Source of the DNA: Heteronotia binoei
Lineage: Eukaryota
Length of the DNA stretch: 64,000 nucleotides
Direction: 5' to 3'
NCBI RefSeq assembly: GCF_032191835.1
Contig: NC_083233.1
Span: forward strand, 60,760,001 to 60,824,000
In this document: positions 38,184 to 50,493 of the stretch, piece by piece
Layout of the letters: every line of letters starts with the position of its first letter
Position numbering within the stretch: position 1 is the first letter of the stretch
Made by a program: the position numbers and the translations under genes
The notes under the pieces: generated by a model
The model's input: only the letters and a program-made list of their open reading frames with translations
Database searches by the model: none
Told to the model about the DNA's origin: nothing

Positions 38184-38636
38184 ATGGTCTGGAGCCTGTT
38201 TCTCTTCACGCTCCTCAGCTATTGCTCAGGTAAGGTGACAGAAAGAAAGCAGTGCTATTTCTGGCATGTAATCACAATGTCTGGTGAGCTCAGAAATAGA
38301 GTCAAGCTCATGCTTTTGCTTTTGTTTCTTTCTTGTCAAGGTGCCAGTGCACAGCAGACCCTGACTCAGCCTCCCTCACAGTCTGGCTCTCTTGGACAAA
38401 CAACAAAACTCTCCTGCACTGTCAGCAGTAACAAGAATCCCTTTGGCTGGGTTCAACAGACACCTGGTCAGGCCCCTCGGTTTCTCTTCTATGGCAGCAG
38501 CAGGGGAACCGGGGTCTCCGATCGGTTCAGCGTTTCTGAATCAGGCAACACTGGCTATTTAAGCATCAGTAATCTCCAGACTGGAGATGAGGCCGCTTAT
38601 TACTGTTACATGTGGCCCAGCGGGGGTAGCCAGTGC
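38184..38636 (+). CDS. IGLV: Ig lambda V segment E (paralog of V-D), open; leader 38184-38229, V exon 38341-38636
   Basis: [15 protein letters not shown]|G; QQTLTQPPS...LSC...WVQQTPG...GDEAAYYC. Confidence 0.94.
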
Positions 38637-38675
38637 CACGGTGGTAAAATCTCATCGGGAACTCAGTCAAAAACC
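38637..38675 (+). other. 23-RSS of V-E
   Basis: CACGGTG, 23 nt, TCAAAAACC. Confidence 0.92.
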
Positions 38676-41626
38676 TGCACTCTTCCTCCCCAGAGAGGGG
38701 AAGCAGAGAGTGACTGCAGAAATGAAATGTGATGTGAGCCAGATATTATGTGAAGAGCTGTTGGCATGTCCAGAAAGGCCATGGAATCCTCCCTCCTTCT
38801 CCAAGGCAGGAGCATCCATCTCTGCCCCAAATGTATCTCTCTACATAATCCACCACACACAGGACTTTTTTGTAGAAAAAAAGCCCAGCAGGAACTCATT
38901 TACATATTAGACCACACCCCCTGGTGGCACCATTGTTTAACACAGGGTCTTTTTGTAGAAAAAGCTCAACAGGAACTCATTTGCATATTAGGCCACACCC
39001 CTCACACCAAGCCAGCTGGAACTGCGTTCCTGTGTGTTCTTTTTCAAAAAAGCCCTGACCACACTGATGCCACAGTGTGATGCTAGAAAGCATCTGGGTA
39101 GTACACAGGGCATTTTTTGAGCAGGAACGCACAAGAACACAGTCCCGGCCGGCTAGGCATCAAGTGGTGAGGCCTAATATGCAAATGAGTTCCTGCTGGG
39201 CTTTTCCTACAAAAAAAGCCCTGGTAGTACACAACTCCAAGAGCACCCTGGAATATCTCATGTCTCCACACTGTCTTGTCTATACCAAAATGTTAAACAT
39301 GGGAGAGAATCCGCTGAAATGCTTGCTGAGTCAAGATGCCAGAAAGTGACTTGAGAAATTTTGCTCCAGCTCAGAATCTCATCTTCCATTTTTGCAAAAG
39401 TGCAAGAAGCTGCAAAACAACTTGGAATTTGAGGGCATCCACTCTGACAACCTGTTTTATTGGCTACTTTTGTATAGGTCTCTTCCTATAGCACCCTCAT
39501 CCCTCCCAGGGTATAGCTCCCTGTATCATTTATGAAAGCATATGTTTTCTTTTATGTTCTTGTCCTACCCAACCAACATTTTAGCCTCACAACAGTTCTG
39601 TGAGGGGGATAAGTAAGGAATTATAAATAGGGACACATTGTTTTGAACTTGAAATAAAGTTTGTATTCATGATGCTAACAATTCATAGACTATTACAATA
39701 CACATCGATTCTTAGGGTTTGTGGCGAGTTATGAAAATTCAGTAAAGTGGCTTTGAGGAAATCTTTGATAGTTCTTCTGTTCTTTAAAACTCCTCCTAAA
39801 TATATCAGCCTCATGTACAAAGGAAGGCTGGCTAGGGTACCACCCTGACTTCAACGACTGCTTGTTGAACGCATGGCTGATTGAATGAAGTCTTGGTGTC
39901 GAATTAACTATGCAGCACTGATCCAGTGCTTTAAAAAAAAAATGTTTGGGCATGTGATCTGGCCAAAGTGAAGCGCTTTTAAGTCTGAACAGGAGAACCT
40001 TAATAATGTGTTGGATCCAAGGACTCTCTTATGCCAAGTTCTTCTATTTGGAAATGATTATCTCTGTTGTAAAATGGCCGCCTTTTCCCATCAGAAAGCA
40101 TAAGAAAAATCCTGCTGGATCAGACCCAGGGCTTTTTTTTTGAGCAGGAACACAGTTCCAGCTGGCTTGGCATTGGGGGTGTGGCCTAACATGTAAGTTC
40201 CTGCTGGGCTTTTGTAGAAAAAAGCCCTGATCAGCTCAGCACCAAGGTCTATCTAGTCCAGCTTCCTGTTTCACACAGTGGTCAAGCTGTTGCCTGGAGA
40301 CCCAAGAAACAGGGCATAGAGGCCAAGGCCTTCCTTTGAAACTGCCTCTTAGCACTGGTGTCCAGATATTTGCTGCCTTTGAATCTAGAGGTTGCCTCAT
40401 CATGGCAATTCATTGGATCCAGCTACTGAGGTTCAACTCTCCTCTTGAATTATGCAGTAATTACAGATGTTTAATATTTTGCAGTCTCTTGTCTTCTAAA
40501 TTGTGCTGAGTCACATGTTGTTCCAGTTTCTCCATAGTGGTAGGATTACATTTGCACAAGACCTTTCCCTTGCCTCTGGGACTTAAAGTGAGGCAGAAGC
40601 AAGGTCAGTATGCACAGTTCCTCTTTCTGGGTTTTCCAGTTCACTCTTCACTGAGATTCTGATAAGCATCCTTCTCTGCCCAAGAGTATAACCTGGGGAC
40701 TGAACTACATATTATGGACACCTTTGTGTCAACTGCAAGGATTTTCAAATGCTGCATTGCAAGTTTTCAACTGGAAACACACCTCCAAGGTGTATGAGGC
40801 TCTATTTGGATTGAAAATATGGTACATGGGGGGAGAGAAACTGAAGCCCCCCCTGCCATTTTTTTTCCTGATTGGAATTAGATTAGGGGAGCTGCTCTTT
40901 GCCCTGCTGGGTACTGCACATGTTGTTCATTGGTTTGCCTACCATTTATACTCCTCTGCTACTCACTCCCAGTTCTAGCTATTGGGTTGTGCAGGACAGT
41001 CAGCTGCTAACAGGGGGGCTTACTTATGGTTGCCATCTGTATTAGTGGAGATCTCCCACTAATACAATAGATTTCCACGTGGCAGAGATCAGTTCACCTG
41101 GAGAAAATGGCTGTTTGGGAAGCCAGACTCTCTGGCATTTGAGGCCCATTAACATTCTTCCACTCCTCAAACCCTGCCCTCCTCAAGCTCCCCCCTGAAA
41201 TCTCTAAGTGTTCCCCAAACTTGAGCTAGCAACCCTATTGAGGGTGTAGAAAAGTATTTATTAGCAGGCGGAAGGATCATGGAGGCTATTTCTGGGGTGA
41301 TGTGACCATCTACACAGCTGGATTTGGATCCTCTGTCACCAGTTGTTTATTCCTTCCCTAACTCAACAGATTCATCTGCTGGGCCTGTGTCACTGAGAAT
41401 TTTAATTCATTTATTTTGTTTATGAGTATGTAAATAGTATTCCCATTTGTTAAAAAAGCTTGTTGCTCAGATGCAGAAAGTGGGAGGTACCAGCAGCAGC
41501 CAATCAGCGGGGCCAACATTTGTATAAAGGGTGTGAATTCTTCTACATTCTTGATACTTAAGAGAGAACAGGAAAATTCTGGCCATTTATCTTTCAGGGC
41601 CTCTGACTTGATCTACATTCCTCAAG

Positions 41627-42210
41627 ATGGTCTGGGCTCTTCTTCTCCTCTTGTTGGTCACTTCTTCTTCAGGTGGGAAGGGGGCAACAACACTTTTATT
41701 AAAAATGCATATTTAATATGGAAATGTTAAATACTTATCCCCCCCCCCCCAATGAGTGGTCAGGATCTTGTTTTCAATGACTATACACTGTGACGGACTA
41801 CTGTCATTTAATACACCTTCTGGGGCACATTTAATGCTGTATAAAACATTGCATAAGTTGGTGCCAGAAGAACCCATTAATTGAAATCTGTCTTACAGGT
41901 GCAAATTCACAGCCTATCCTGACTCAGCCACCTTCAGCATCAGTCTCCCTCGGGAATTCAATAAGGCTTTCCTGCACTTTGAGCAGCGAGCACAGTAACT
42001 ATTATGTTGGGTGGTATCAACAGAGAGCACAAGAGGCTCCACGTTTCGTATGGTATGGTGACAGCACCCGGGGAGCCGGGATCCCGGATCGATTCACCGG
42101 CTCCAAGTCTGGTGGCACTCGCTATTTGACCATCACTGGCATCAAGGTTGAAGATGAAGCTGATTATTACTGTGGTGCAGACTATAGGATTGGTGGTGTC
42201 TACGGTTACT
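41627..42210 (+). CDS. IGLV: Ig lambda V segment F (IGLV4/9-like), open; leader 41627-41672, V exon 41899-42210
   Basis: MVWALLLLLLVTSSS|G; QPILTQPPS...LSCTLSSEHSNYYVGWYQQ...RYLTI...[11 protein letters not shown]. Confidence 0.95.
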
Positions 42211-42249
42211 CACAGTGACACATTTACAAGAGGAACTGAGACAAAAACC
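42211..42249 (+). other. Canonical 23-RSS of V-F
   Basis: CACAGTG, 23 nt, ACAAAAACC. Confidence 0.95.
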
Positions 42250-43537
42250 TTTTTCCTTCCCTTTCAGAGCCTGGAGTTCAGCAGTTGCTTTCACTGAAGC
42301 AAAGAAAACTGAGGCTTTGAAATGAGATCAAAATTAGGATCGCACCTCTTCAGGAAAATCTTGTGATATTTCTATTCAGGGCTTTTTTTGAGCAGGAATG
42401 CACAGGAATGCAGTTCCGGCTGGCTTGGTGCCAGGGGGTGTGGCCTAAGATGCAAATAAGTTCCTGCTGGGCTTTTTCTACTAAAAAGCCCTATGTGAAA
42501 CAATGGTGCCATCAGGGGGTTCCTGCTGGGCTTTTTCTGCAAAAAGAGCCCTGTTTCCATTCATTCCCTTCTTTCTGCTCTTTGGCAAGATAGAGCTGTT
42601 TGCCCTATAATTTACACACCATCTGTGGGTAGAGCCAAGCAACGTGATTATTTGACAAACAGAAAACAAGATGTATTAACTCCCATTGGGCTGAGGACAC
42701 TAGTCCAAAATATTCCTACCCTCTTAACTTGAGAGATTGTTTCAGACATTTGGTTACATATCTGATTCTCAACAATTGAAAAGCAGCATATACTTCCAAA
42801 TGCAGGAGACCATATAGAACAAAAGTAGACTGAGATGTGGTCATTCAGTGGAGGTGTCTCCTTGACTTTGATCATTGGCTTGTTGGATACACCTGATCTG
42901 GTGTTTGGCTACTGTGTCTTGTTCCTTGGTCTCTGGTCAGATAACCATGATGCTGGCCTTGGTACTGATGAGGTGATAAATCTGGCTCTCTCCCTCCCTG
43001 CCATGTGATGGTGATTTCAGGTAATGTCATATGCTTGAAGTTCAGTGGGTGACATATTGCCATCTGGGAGCAGAAGATGGGCCCCAGATCTGGAAAGGCT
43101 GAAGACCATTGCTTTAAATAGGATTTAAAGTATTCATGATTTCATTGGTTAAAAATAGCTCTTTGGAAAACAAATTGTGAGCCACTGGAGATCTTGCAGC
43201 ACGGGGATAGTAGGTTAATGCTCTTAATAATGCTCTTGGTGCAGCTTTTTGGAGAAGTGGAAGTTTCTGTATCGTAATGAATGAAATCTGGAGGGCACGT
43301 CGAAGTAATCAAAGCATAATGTGGTTAGACAAAGGACAAGGCTGGCATGCCAACTGAAGTCAGTAGCAAAAACTTTGAGCCACAGAATCCACTTTGGCCA
43401 GTCTAAGATACTCCTCATGCTGCAGACATGACACTTTAGGTGGAATGAAATCTACACAGAAGAGGCCAGTCACTGGGAAGAGGCCAATCCTGGGAAACTG
43501 AGAAGGGATACTGCAAATTTCACCACAAACATGGTTG

Positions 43538-44045
43538 ACATAAGAGCAGCCATGTTGAATCAGGCCAATGGCCCATCCAGTTCAACATTCTGTTTCACTC
43601 AATGGCCAAACAACAACAACTACTAAGTGCCATCATGAGGTCCATCAATGGGGCCAGGACACTAGAAGCCCTCCCATTGTCCCCCTTTCCCAAGCACAGA
43701 ACATCACTGCCCCAGAGAGTTCCATCAATACTCTGTGGCTAATAACCACTGATGGATCTCTGCTCCATATGTTTATCAACCCCCTCTTGAAGCTGGCTAT
43801 CTTGTAGCTACCACCACCCCCTGTGGCAAATGCAGTGAATTCCATGTGTCAATCACCCTTTGGGTGAAGAAGTACTTCCTTTTATCCATTCTAACCCAAC
43901 TGCTCAGCAATTTCATCGGGTACCCACGAGTTTTTGTATTGTGAGAAAGGGAGAAAAGTACTTTTTTCTCTACCTTCTCTATCCCAAGCATAATCTTGTA
44001 AACTTCAATCATGTCACCTCTCAGTTGACGTTTCTCCAAGCTAAA
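43538..44045 (-). mobile_element. 5'-truncated CR1 LINE
   Basis: FSLEKRQLRGDMIEVYKI...TRG...RKYFFTQRVIDTWNSL followed by the CR1 3' UTR. Confidence 0.92.
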
Positions 44046-44958
44046 GACTCGGTTGATCTTCACATGTTGGAAGTGTTAAACAGATGGCAGCCTATCACCC
44101 AACCTGTTTGGTTCATGCTGAACAGTTGTGAATGTCTACCAAACAGGTTTGCATTCGGTTTTTGCAAGAGTGTGCAAAGACATTGCTGATGCAGACCAAT
44201 CTGCAATCTTCAGTACCAAGAGGGACAAAGTGGATGAATATTGAATTGTAAGGGCTTATTAAAACACAACATTTATTCATTGCTGATTTATATGATTTGT
44301 GACTGATTTGATTACTTAAGGAGCAGTCTGTTGAGTGGAGCATTTGCACAGAAATGCTGGAGGTATAGTTGGACTCAATTGGGCTGCCTGACAATGTACA
44401 TATTTGTACATGTAGGAAAATCCAGTTACACTGTACTGCATGGTTAGGAGCAGTCAGTAATAGGTTGAAGAATGGTTGAAATGATAATAGAAAAATGATA
44501 AGAGAAAAATCATGACCCTGTTTATGACAGGTGGGGAGGACACAAGGTGAGCAGGCCAGTGTCTGAGCATCCTGACCCTGGAGGGAGTTTCATTTTATTA
44601 GACCACACCCATGTGATTACTATTTCCCGATATCTGACCAAGCCACAAAGTACAATTTTCTCTGTGAGCAGAAGGTATTATTTTTCCTGCAGTCCTCTGA
44701 CTCTGAAAGCCCTTGGATCATAACTCCTGGTTCAAACACACACTTAAAAAAAGACATGTCTACCTTTGCTATGCCGAGTTACTCCATCCTTGTACTAAGT
44801 GGGAATATATTTAATTTTTTTCTTCGAACGGGATGAAATAAATGCTCAGCAATATTGCTTGATGGAAAGAAATGCCACCGTTTAAACAGTTTTACCCTTC
44901 TGAAACAAAAAAGGGGAGGACCTTTCGGGAGCTCTTGCAACCAATGAGCAAGCAAAGA

Positions 44959-44966
44959 ATTTGCAT
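44959..44966 (+). promoter_or_regulatory. Ig octamer of the V-G promoter
   Basis: ATTTGCAT ~115 bp upstream of the ATG. Confidence 0.9.
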
Positions 44967-45074
44967 AGAAGGCAGATCAATCCTGAATCATCTTAAGATC
45001 AGTTTAAGAAAGAGAGGATGTTTATCAGAGCTTCATTTCTAAAGGAAGCCCAAGTGCTCTCCACACTTCCTATC

Positions 45075-45510
45075 ATGCTGTGGGCCATTCTCCTTCCATA
45101 TCTCTCTCACTGCTCAGGTGTGTGGAAAAGACTTTCTTTCTACAGCTTTAAAATGCAATTCCAGGCCTGTTATTAACACCTATCTTTATATCTGCAGATG
45201 TCAGCTCTCAGCCTACCCTGACCCAACTCCCATCAGTGTCTGTGACTCCTGGAAAGGAAGTGAGACTCTCTGCCCATCTGAGCAGTGGATATGAGAGCTA
45301 TATTGTGGCATGGTATCAGCAGAGAGAGGGGCAGGCACCTCGGCCTCTGCTGTACTATGACAGCACCAGAGCCAGCGGGATCCCCGATCGATTCTCTGGT
45401 TCCAAATCAGGCCTAGATCGCTATCTGACCATCACTGGAGTGCAGCCAGAAGATGAGGCGACATATTACTGTAGTTGTAATCATGGCGATGACAGGAATT
45501 ATGTGTAACC
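45075..45510 (+). CDS. IGLV: Ig lambda V segment G, open, Cys23->Ala, YYCSC; leader 45075-45117, V exon 45198-45510
   Basis: [14 protein letters not shown]|D; ...[21 protein letters not shown]...[19 protein letters not shown]; TAA (45506-45508) lies 2 nt before the heptamer. Confidence 0.92.
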
Positions 45511-45549
45511 CACAGTGATGCATTTAGAAGAGGAACTGAGACAAAAAAA
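45511..45549 (+). other. 23-RSS of V-G with a slipped nonamer
   Basis: CACAGTG, 23 nt, ACAAAAAAA(CCC). Confidence 0.88.
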
Positions 45550-47029
45550 CCCTGCTAAGGGACAGGAAGGAGGCGTTTGCTGCCTCAGTCCTCTCTCCTG
45601 TCATTACGTATTTGTGTACTTTGATCAAGATCTCAGAATATAGGCTTGCATCTGTATGCTACAGAAAAAAAATACTATAGGAAGGATTTCCCTGTACTTC
45701 TAGGTTTTTTTTTTAAATGAACACTAATTTTGGACTGACAAATATCTAATTGAAAAGTTCTCAGATATCATATTGCAACCTGGAAATGGCCCAAAAAAAC
45801 AACCTAGGGAAACCATCTGTAGTGCACATATGCACTCGCACGCAAACACACACAGAATGACATGCATTCAGATTTGCACCTTGAATGACCTATACATCTA
45901 TAACAAATATTGTAAATTCTTTCCTGACGTGGTCAATGCTTTGTTCAACTGCCAGTCTGTATGACTGAAATGCTTCATGCACTTTGTGCTGCCGGCTCTT
46001 CCGCCTTGGGCCAGCAGGGGGAAATGTTGGTTTACCTTCTTCACATTTGCTAGAACGAATGAATTTCAAGGAGCCTTCCCCCAGTCTCCACCTGCACAAC
46101 AGGAAATAGTTCAGTGAGAGTAGATTCTCTTTGGGGGTCTTTCCTGCTCGCTCAGGCACAGAGACTGAAACTCAGTCAGTCTTAGGCAAGTTTGTACCTG
46201 ATCAAACTTTGCTTGCAACCTAACTAGACCTGACTATCACCAAAGGGATAGTGTAACTGCTAGTTCTTGATGGCAACTGATGACTAAATGTGCAGCTGGA
46301 TCCAGTTGGGGCCCGGAATGCTGAAGAGGAGAAGGAGGAGTTCCTGCCTTCTCGCCCGTGTTGTTCTGGTCAGCTGAAACACCACAGGAGCCATGGGGAG
46401 AGCAGTGCTCCTGAGGCTGATCCTGAGCATTTTTTCAGGTTACAGGATCCAAGCGGAGGGACAGCCATGACAGCTGATGTGAAGAAGGGGGATGAAATGG
46501 CCCCCTCCCTTAAGCAGAGCTGCAGCTGCCAAAGAGGAAGGGTATGATGTTTCAAGGCTTTGCTGCTTCCAACTTCAGCCCACAACCGGGGATCCATGCA
46601 GCTATTCCTCCACACGGTGACCATGAGACTGAGCTTTCCAGGAGTTGTAGCAATGCAAAACAACACAGGAAAATGACAAACCCAACACTGAGTGGTAAGA
46701 TAAGCGCCCAGTCATATGATGTGGAGACAGAATTCTCCTCAACGAATCATAACCAGCTGAGTGCTTCCTCTATGGCTAATATACACTCATTTGTTAGTAG
46801 CCTTCGTGGGCAGAAAGGTGAGATAATCATTTTGTGAAATAAATTGTTGTAGCCCTTTCGAAGTCATCTTCTTCAGCACACATCACCTTGTGTTACATCT
46901 TCCCCATGCAGCAAAGCAGAGAGTCTAAAACTGACACATGCCAATCTTTTGCTCTCCCCAGCCATTTCTCTTCTGGAAGACGAACAGGCAATGCTGGATG
47001 CAGTTGACTAGAGACCTCTCTTGAGCTCC

Positions 47030-47480
47030 CAGGTCCTTGGCTTAAAAGCAGAATAATTCCTGCTCTACAGAGGAGTGTGGTTTATTGAGTTAATGTGCAA
47101 GAGTTGCATCCTCATGGTTCTTTCATGCTGACGGATACCCATAGTTTGCATGTACTCAGTATTCAGACATGATGCTAAAATGGAAAGGATTGTATTAGGA
47201 GAGGCGTCGTTAAATTTGTATTCGGTATGCTCAAGCTCCAGATTCCTTGGCTTAAACTGATAATAATTTGGTGGCCACAAAGTCTGTTCTGTTGAGGAGA
47301 GTGGCTTTCTTATGAGAGTTCGCATGGTTATTTCACACTGATAGACATCATTGACATGGACCAAGTATTCAGACATAACACTCAAGCGGAAAGGATTGCA
47401 TTGAGTAAAGACGTCACTCCATTTGTGTTCTGTGTGCTTGAAAGTACGAGTATTGGGATATGATAATGCTGACCTTCAAG
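47030..47480. repeat. Diverged ~206-bp tandem repeat, ~2.2 copies
   Basis: AGTATTCAGACAT at 47158 and 47364; TCCTTGGCTTAAA near 47035 and 47243. Confidence 0.65.
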
Positions 47481-47869
47481 TCCAGTGGCAAGAATTACAG
47501 GACGTTGACTGGCTCAAGTCATCTGTCCCAACCATAGAAAGGCTCCTCTTCTCCCTCCTTCCTGGCCAGGCAGACCTTAGGAGTGAAAGAATACTGCTAT
47601 AATTTTCTTTGCAAGATGTTCCTCTAATATTATTGTCCCACTAATATTATTGTAAGGACAGAATGAAGCCAGTCTCCAAGCCCAGGATTGCAAATTGCAT
47701 TGGGGGTGGTGGTGTAAAGTATTAAAGTATTTGAAAACCCTTGTAAGATACCAACCCCAACATTGTGCCGAGTGGAATACATTTAATTCTTCTCAAACCC
47801 TGTCTTGTTTTCTGGAACAAAAAGGAGAGGGCCTTCCAGCAGGTTTTGTAACCAATGAGCAAGCAGTGA

Positions 47870-47877
47870 ATTTGCAT
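47870..47877 (+). promoter_or_regulatory. Ig octamer of the V-H promoter
   Basis: ATTTGCAT ~105 bp upstream of the ATG. Confidence 0.9.
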
Positions 47878-47977
47878 AAAGATTGGATCGGAAGTCCTGG
47901 ATCAGCTTAAGAAAGAGAGGACACTAAGCAGATCGACATTTCTACAGGGAACCCAAGTGCCCTTGATGTTTCCCATC

Positions 47978-48413
47978 ATGCTGTGGGCCATTCTTATTCC
48001 ACTCCTCTTTCACTGCTCAGGTGTGTGGAGAAGACTTTCTTTCTACACCTTTAAAATGCAATTCCAGGCCAGTTATTAACACCTATCATTCTATCTGCAG
48101 GTGTCCACTCTCAGCCTACCCTGACCCAGCTCCCCTCAGAGTCTGTGGCTCTTGGAAAGACAGTGAGACTCTCTGCCCGTCTGAGCAGTGGGTATGAGCG
48201 CTATGTTGTGGAGTGGTATCAGCAGAGAGAGGGGCAGGCACCCCAGCTTCTGCTGTACAGTGACAGCAGCAGAGCCAGTGGAATCTCTGATCGATTCTCT
48301 GGTTCCAAATCAGGCCTAGATCGCTATTTGACGATCACTGGGGTGCAGCCAGAAGATGAGGCGACGTATTACTGTGGCTGTTATCATGGCAGTGGCAGTA
48401 GCTCTGTGTAACC
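47978..48413 (+). CDS. IGLV: Ig lambda V segment H, open, Cys23->Ala, YYCGC; leader 47978-48020, V exon 48101-48413
   Basis: MLWAILIPLLFHCS|G; ...VRLSARLSSGYERYVVEWYQQ...[19 protein letters not shown]; TAA at 48409-48411. Confidence 0.92.
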
Positions 48414-48452
48414 CACAGTGATAGATTTAGAAGGGGAACTGAGACAAAAACC
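48414..48452 (+). other. Canonical 23-RSS of V-H
   Basis: CACAGTG, 23 nt, ACAAAAACC. Confidence 0.95.
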
Positions 48453-48678
48453 TCTGCTAAGGGAAGGCAGAAAAGCTTTCACTTTCTCACTCCTCTCTCT
48501 TCATTCATCACCTACTTTCAGAGCCTTCCCCTGGGTTAACTGAGGACAGTTTCAGTGCAATCCTTTGCATGTGTTCTCAGACACCAATTCCATCGAGTTC
48601 AAAAGACCTTATACTTAGGATTTTGGCCTTGGAGAGGCAAGGAACTCGCAGATGAAATTCTGTAAGCTTGAAAACATG

Positions 48679-48983
48679 GAAAAGGAAAGGTCCCCTGTGC
48701 AAGCACCAGTCGTTTCCGACTCTGGGGTGACGTTGCTTTCACAACGTTTTCACGGCAGACTTTTTTTTTTACAAGGTGGTTTGCCATTGCCTTTCCCAGT
48801 CTTTTACACTTTTCCCCCAGCAAGCTGGGTACTCATTTTACCGACATCGGAAGGATGGAAGGCTGAGTCAACCTTGGGCCAGCTACCTGAATCCAGCTTC
48901 CGCCGGAATCGAACTCAGGTCGTGAGCAGAGAGTTCAGACCACAGTACTGCTGCTTTACCACTCTGCACCACAGGGCCGCTTC
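48679..48983 (-). mobile_element. Sauria SINE, full length
   Basis: tRNA-like head and ACCTTT-type tail; 15-bp TSD AAGCTTGAAAACATG (48664-48678 and 48984-48998). Confidence 0.9.
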
Positions 48984-50370
48984 AAGCTTGAAAACATGAA
49001 CTTAAGTCAATTTGAACCAGAGACATGACACAATTTGAACCAGAGGCATGACACAAGAGTGTAAAGAATTAGATTTGATAGAGAGATCACCAAACCTCTC
49101 TTCAGTATGTTTGAAAATATGAGCATTGGGATATTATAATGCTTAAAATACAACAGCAAGCATTACAGGATCAAGTCACCCAACAATGTGGGGGCAGCAG
49201 CTGCAGGAAGGGCAGTATTTAAATCTGCATAGCTAGACAGATCTCTGGTGGCTAACCAGAAATCCCACTGGGTAAGGGCCTTGAATGGCCACACCCACTT
49301 TCAGAAAAATACTTGATAGGTACCAGGAAAGGTGTTGCTGGGCACCGAGTTGGGGACCCCTCACAACTAGTGTTCCCTCTAAGCTGAGTTAGCGTGAGCT
49401 AGCTCACAGATTTTTAGCCTCCAGCTCACACATTTTTGTCTTTGCGCAGGAAGGATGGCCCCAGAGCAAACTAATTTATACAGTAGCTCACAAATTTAAT
49501 GCCAGTAGCTCACAAAGTAGAAGTTTTGCTCATAAGACTGCAGCTTAGAGGGAACATTGCCCACAACCTGAAAAGGTTTCTCTTCTTCCTCCTCCACAGC
49601 CAGGAAGAGCTCAAGGAGAAAAGAGAATTGCTGTAATAAAGTGGGTTCAATGCAAGGAGGAGACATGGTTGCAGTGATCATAGCTCTCTTTATTAATTAC
49701 AGCATGGTAGCTACTGAACTAGAAGACTGCTTTACTGGGTCAATGGGGCCAACTATATACAGTTCAAGGTTCCTGTGCCAGCATGGTATTGGGCCATTTG
49801 AACTGTGATTGGACCACGGAAGCAGGGATTTGGATCCCTGATGGCTATTGTTCCCAGTCCCCAAGCTCAGTCCTCAAGACTCTGATGAGCCAGACAGGAG
49901 TGAAACATGAAGTCCCATATTTAGTCCATATATACAACAATTGCCACAATTTCCTTTGCAAAATGGACCAGAATTCTGCCTCCGCTCTTTTCCTTTCAGC
50001 ATTCTATCAGAGGGAGAACTGACCCTTCTGGCACAAATATGCCATTCTGATATTAACAGATGGAGGGAATAAACTCTATCTCCAAGCAGATGATTGCAGA
50101 TTGCATTGGGTAGTAATGTCTTTGAAAGCTTTTGGAACAGACTTCCATATCTTCCTGTACATATACACCCATTTCTGTGATTATCCCCCCCCCCCATCTG
50201 TTTTCTAAATGGAAGAACATTTAAATATTCTTTTTAGGAAATGTGATGATGTAAATGCTCTCCGGTATTGCTTGATAGGAAAAAATCCAGTTCTTTTGAT
50301 AGCCTTGCAATTCTGGAACAGAAAGGGGAGGGCCTTCCAGCAGCATTTGTAAGCTACGCACAAGCAAAGG

Positions 50371-50378
50371 ATTTGCAT
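50371..50378 (+). promoter_or_regulatory. Ig octamer of the pseudo-V-I promoter
   Basis: ATTTGCAT ~120 bp upstream of the ATG. Confidence 0.85.
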
Positions 50379-50493
50379 AGGGGGCAGATCTTAAGGGGAT
50401 CATCTTAAGAAAGGAAGAAGGAAGGAAAGAGAGGACAGACTAACCAGAGCTACTTTTCCACAGGAAGTCCAAGTGCTCTTGATGTCCCTCACC

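Noticed and set aside
34038-38643. CACGGTG heptamers as a methylation-controlled RSS
   Set aside because: This is a common functional heptamer variant; nothing in the sequence shows a special role.
38184-38732. 182-aa single ORF spanning V-E
   Set aside because: The 111-nt leader intron happens to be in frame and stop-free; the paralog V-D does not share this.
39071-39077. Isolated CACAGTG/CACTGTG heptamers (also 10733 and 41786) as J or cryptic RSSs
   Set aside because: No nonamer at 12- or 23-nt spacing and no FGxG J motif.
42648-43063. Minus-strand AICHPL (olfactory-receptor-like) and TITW...VYFCSIW (V-like) motifs
   Set aside because: No DRY motif or transmembrane pattern; the V reading needs a frameshift and lacks Cys23, Trp41 and an RSS.
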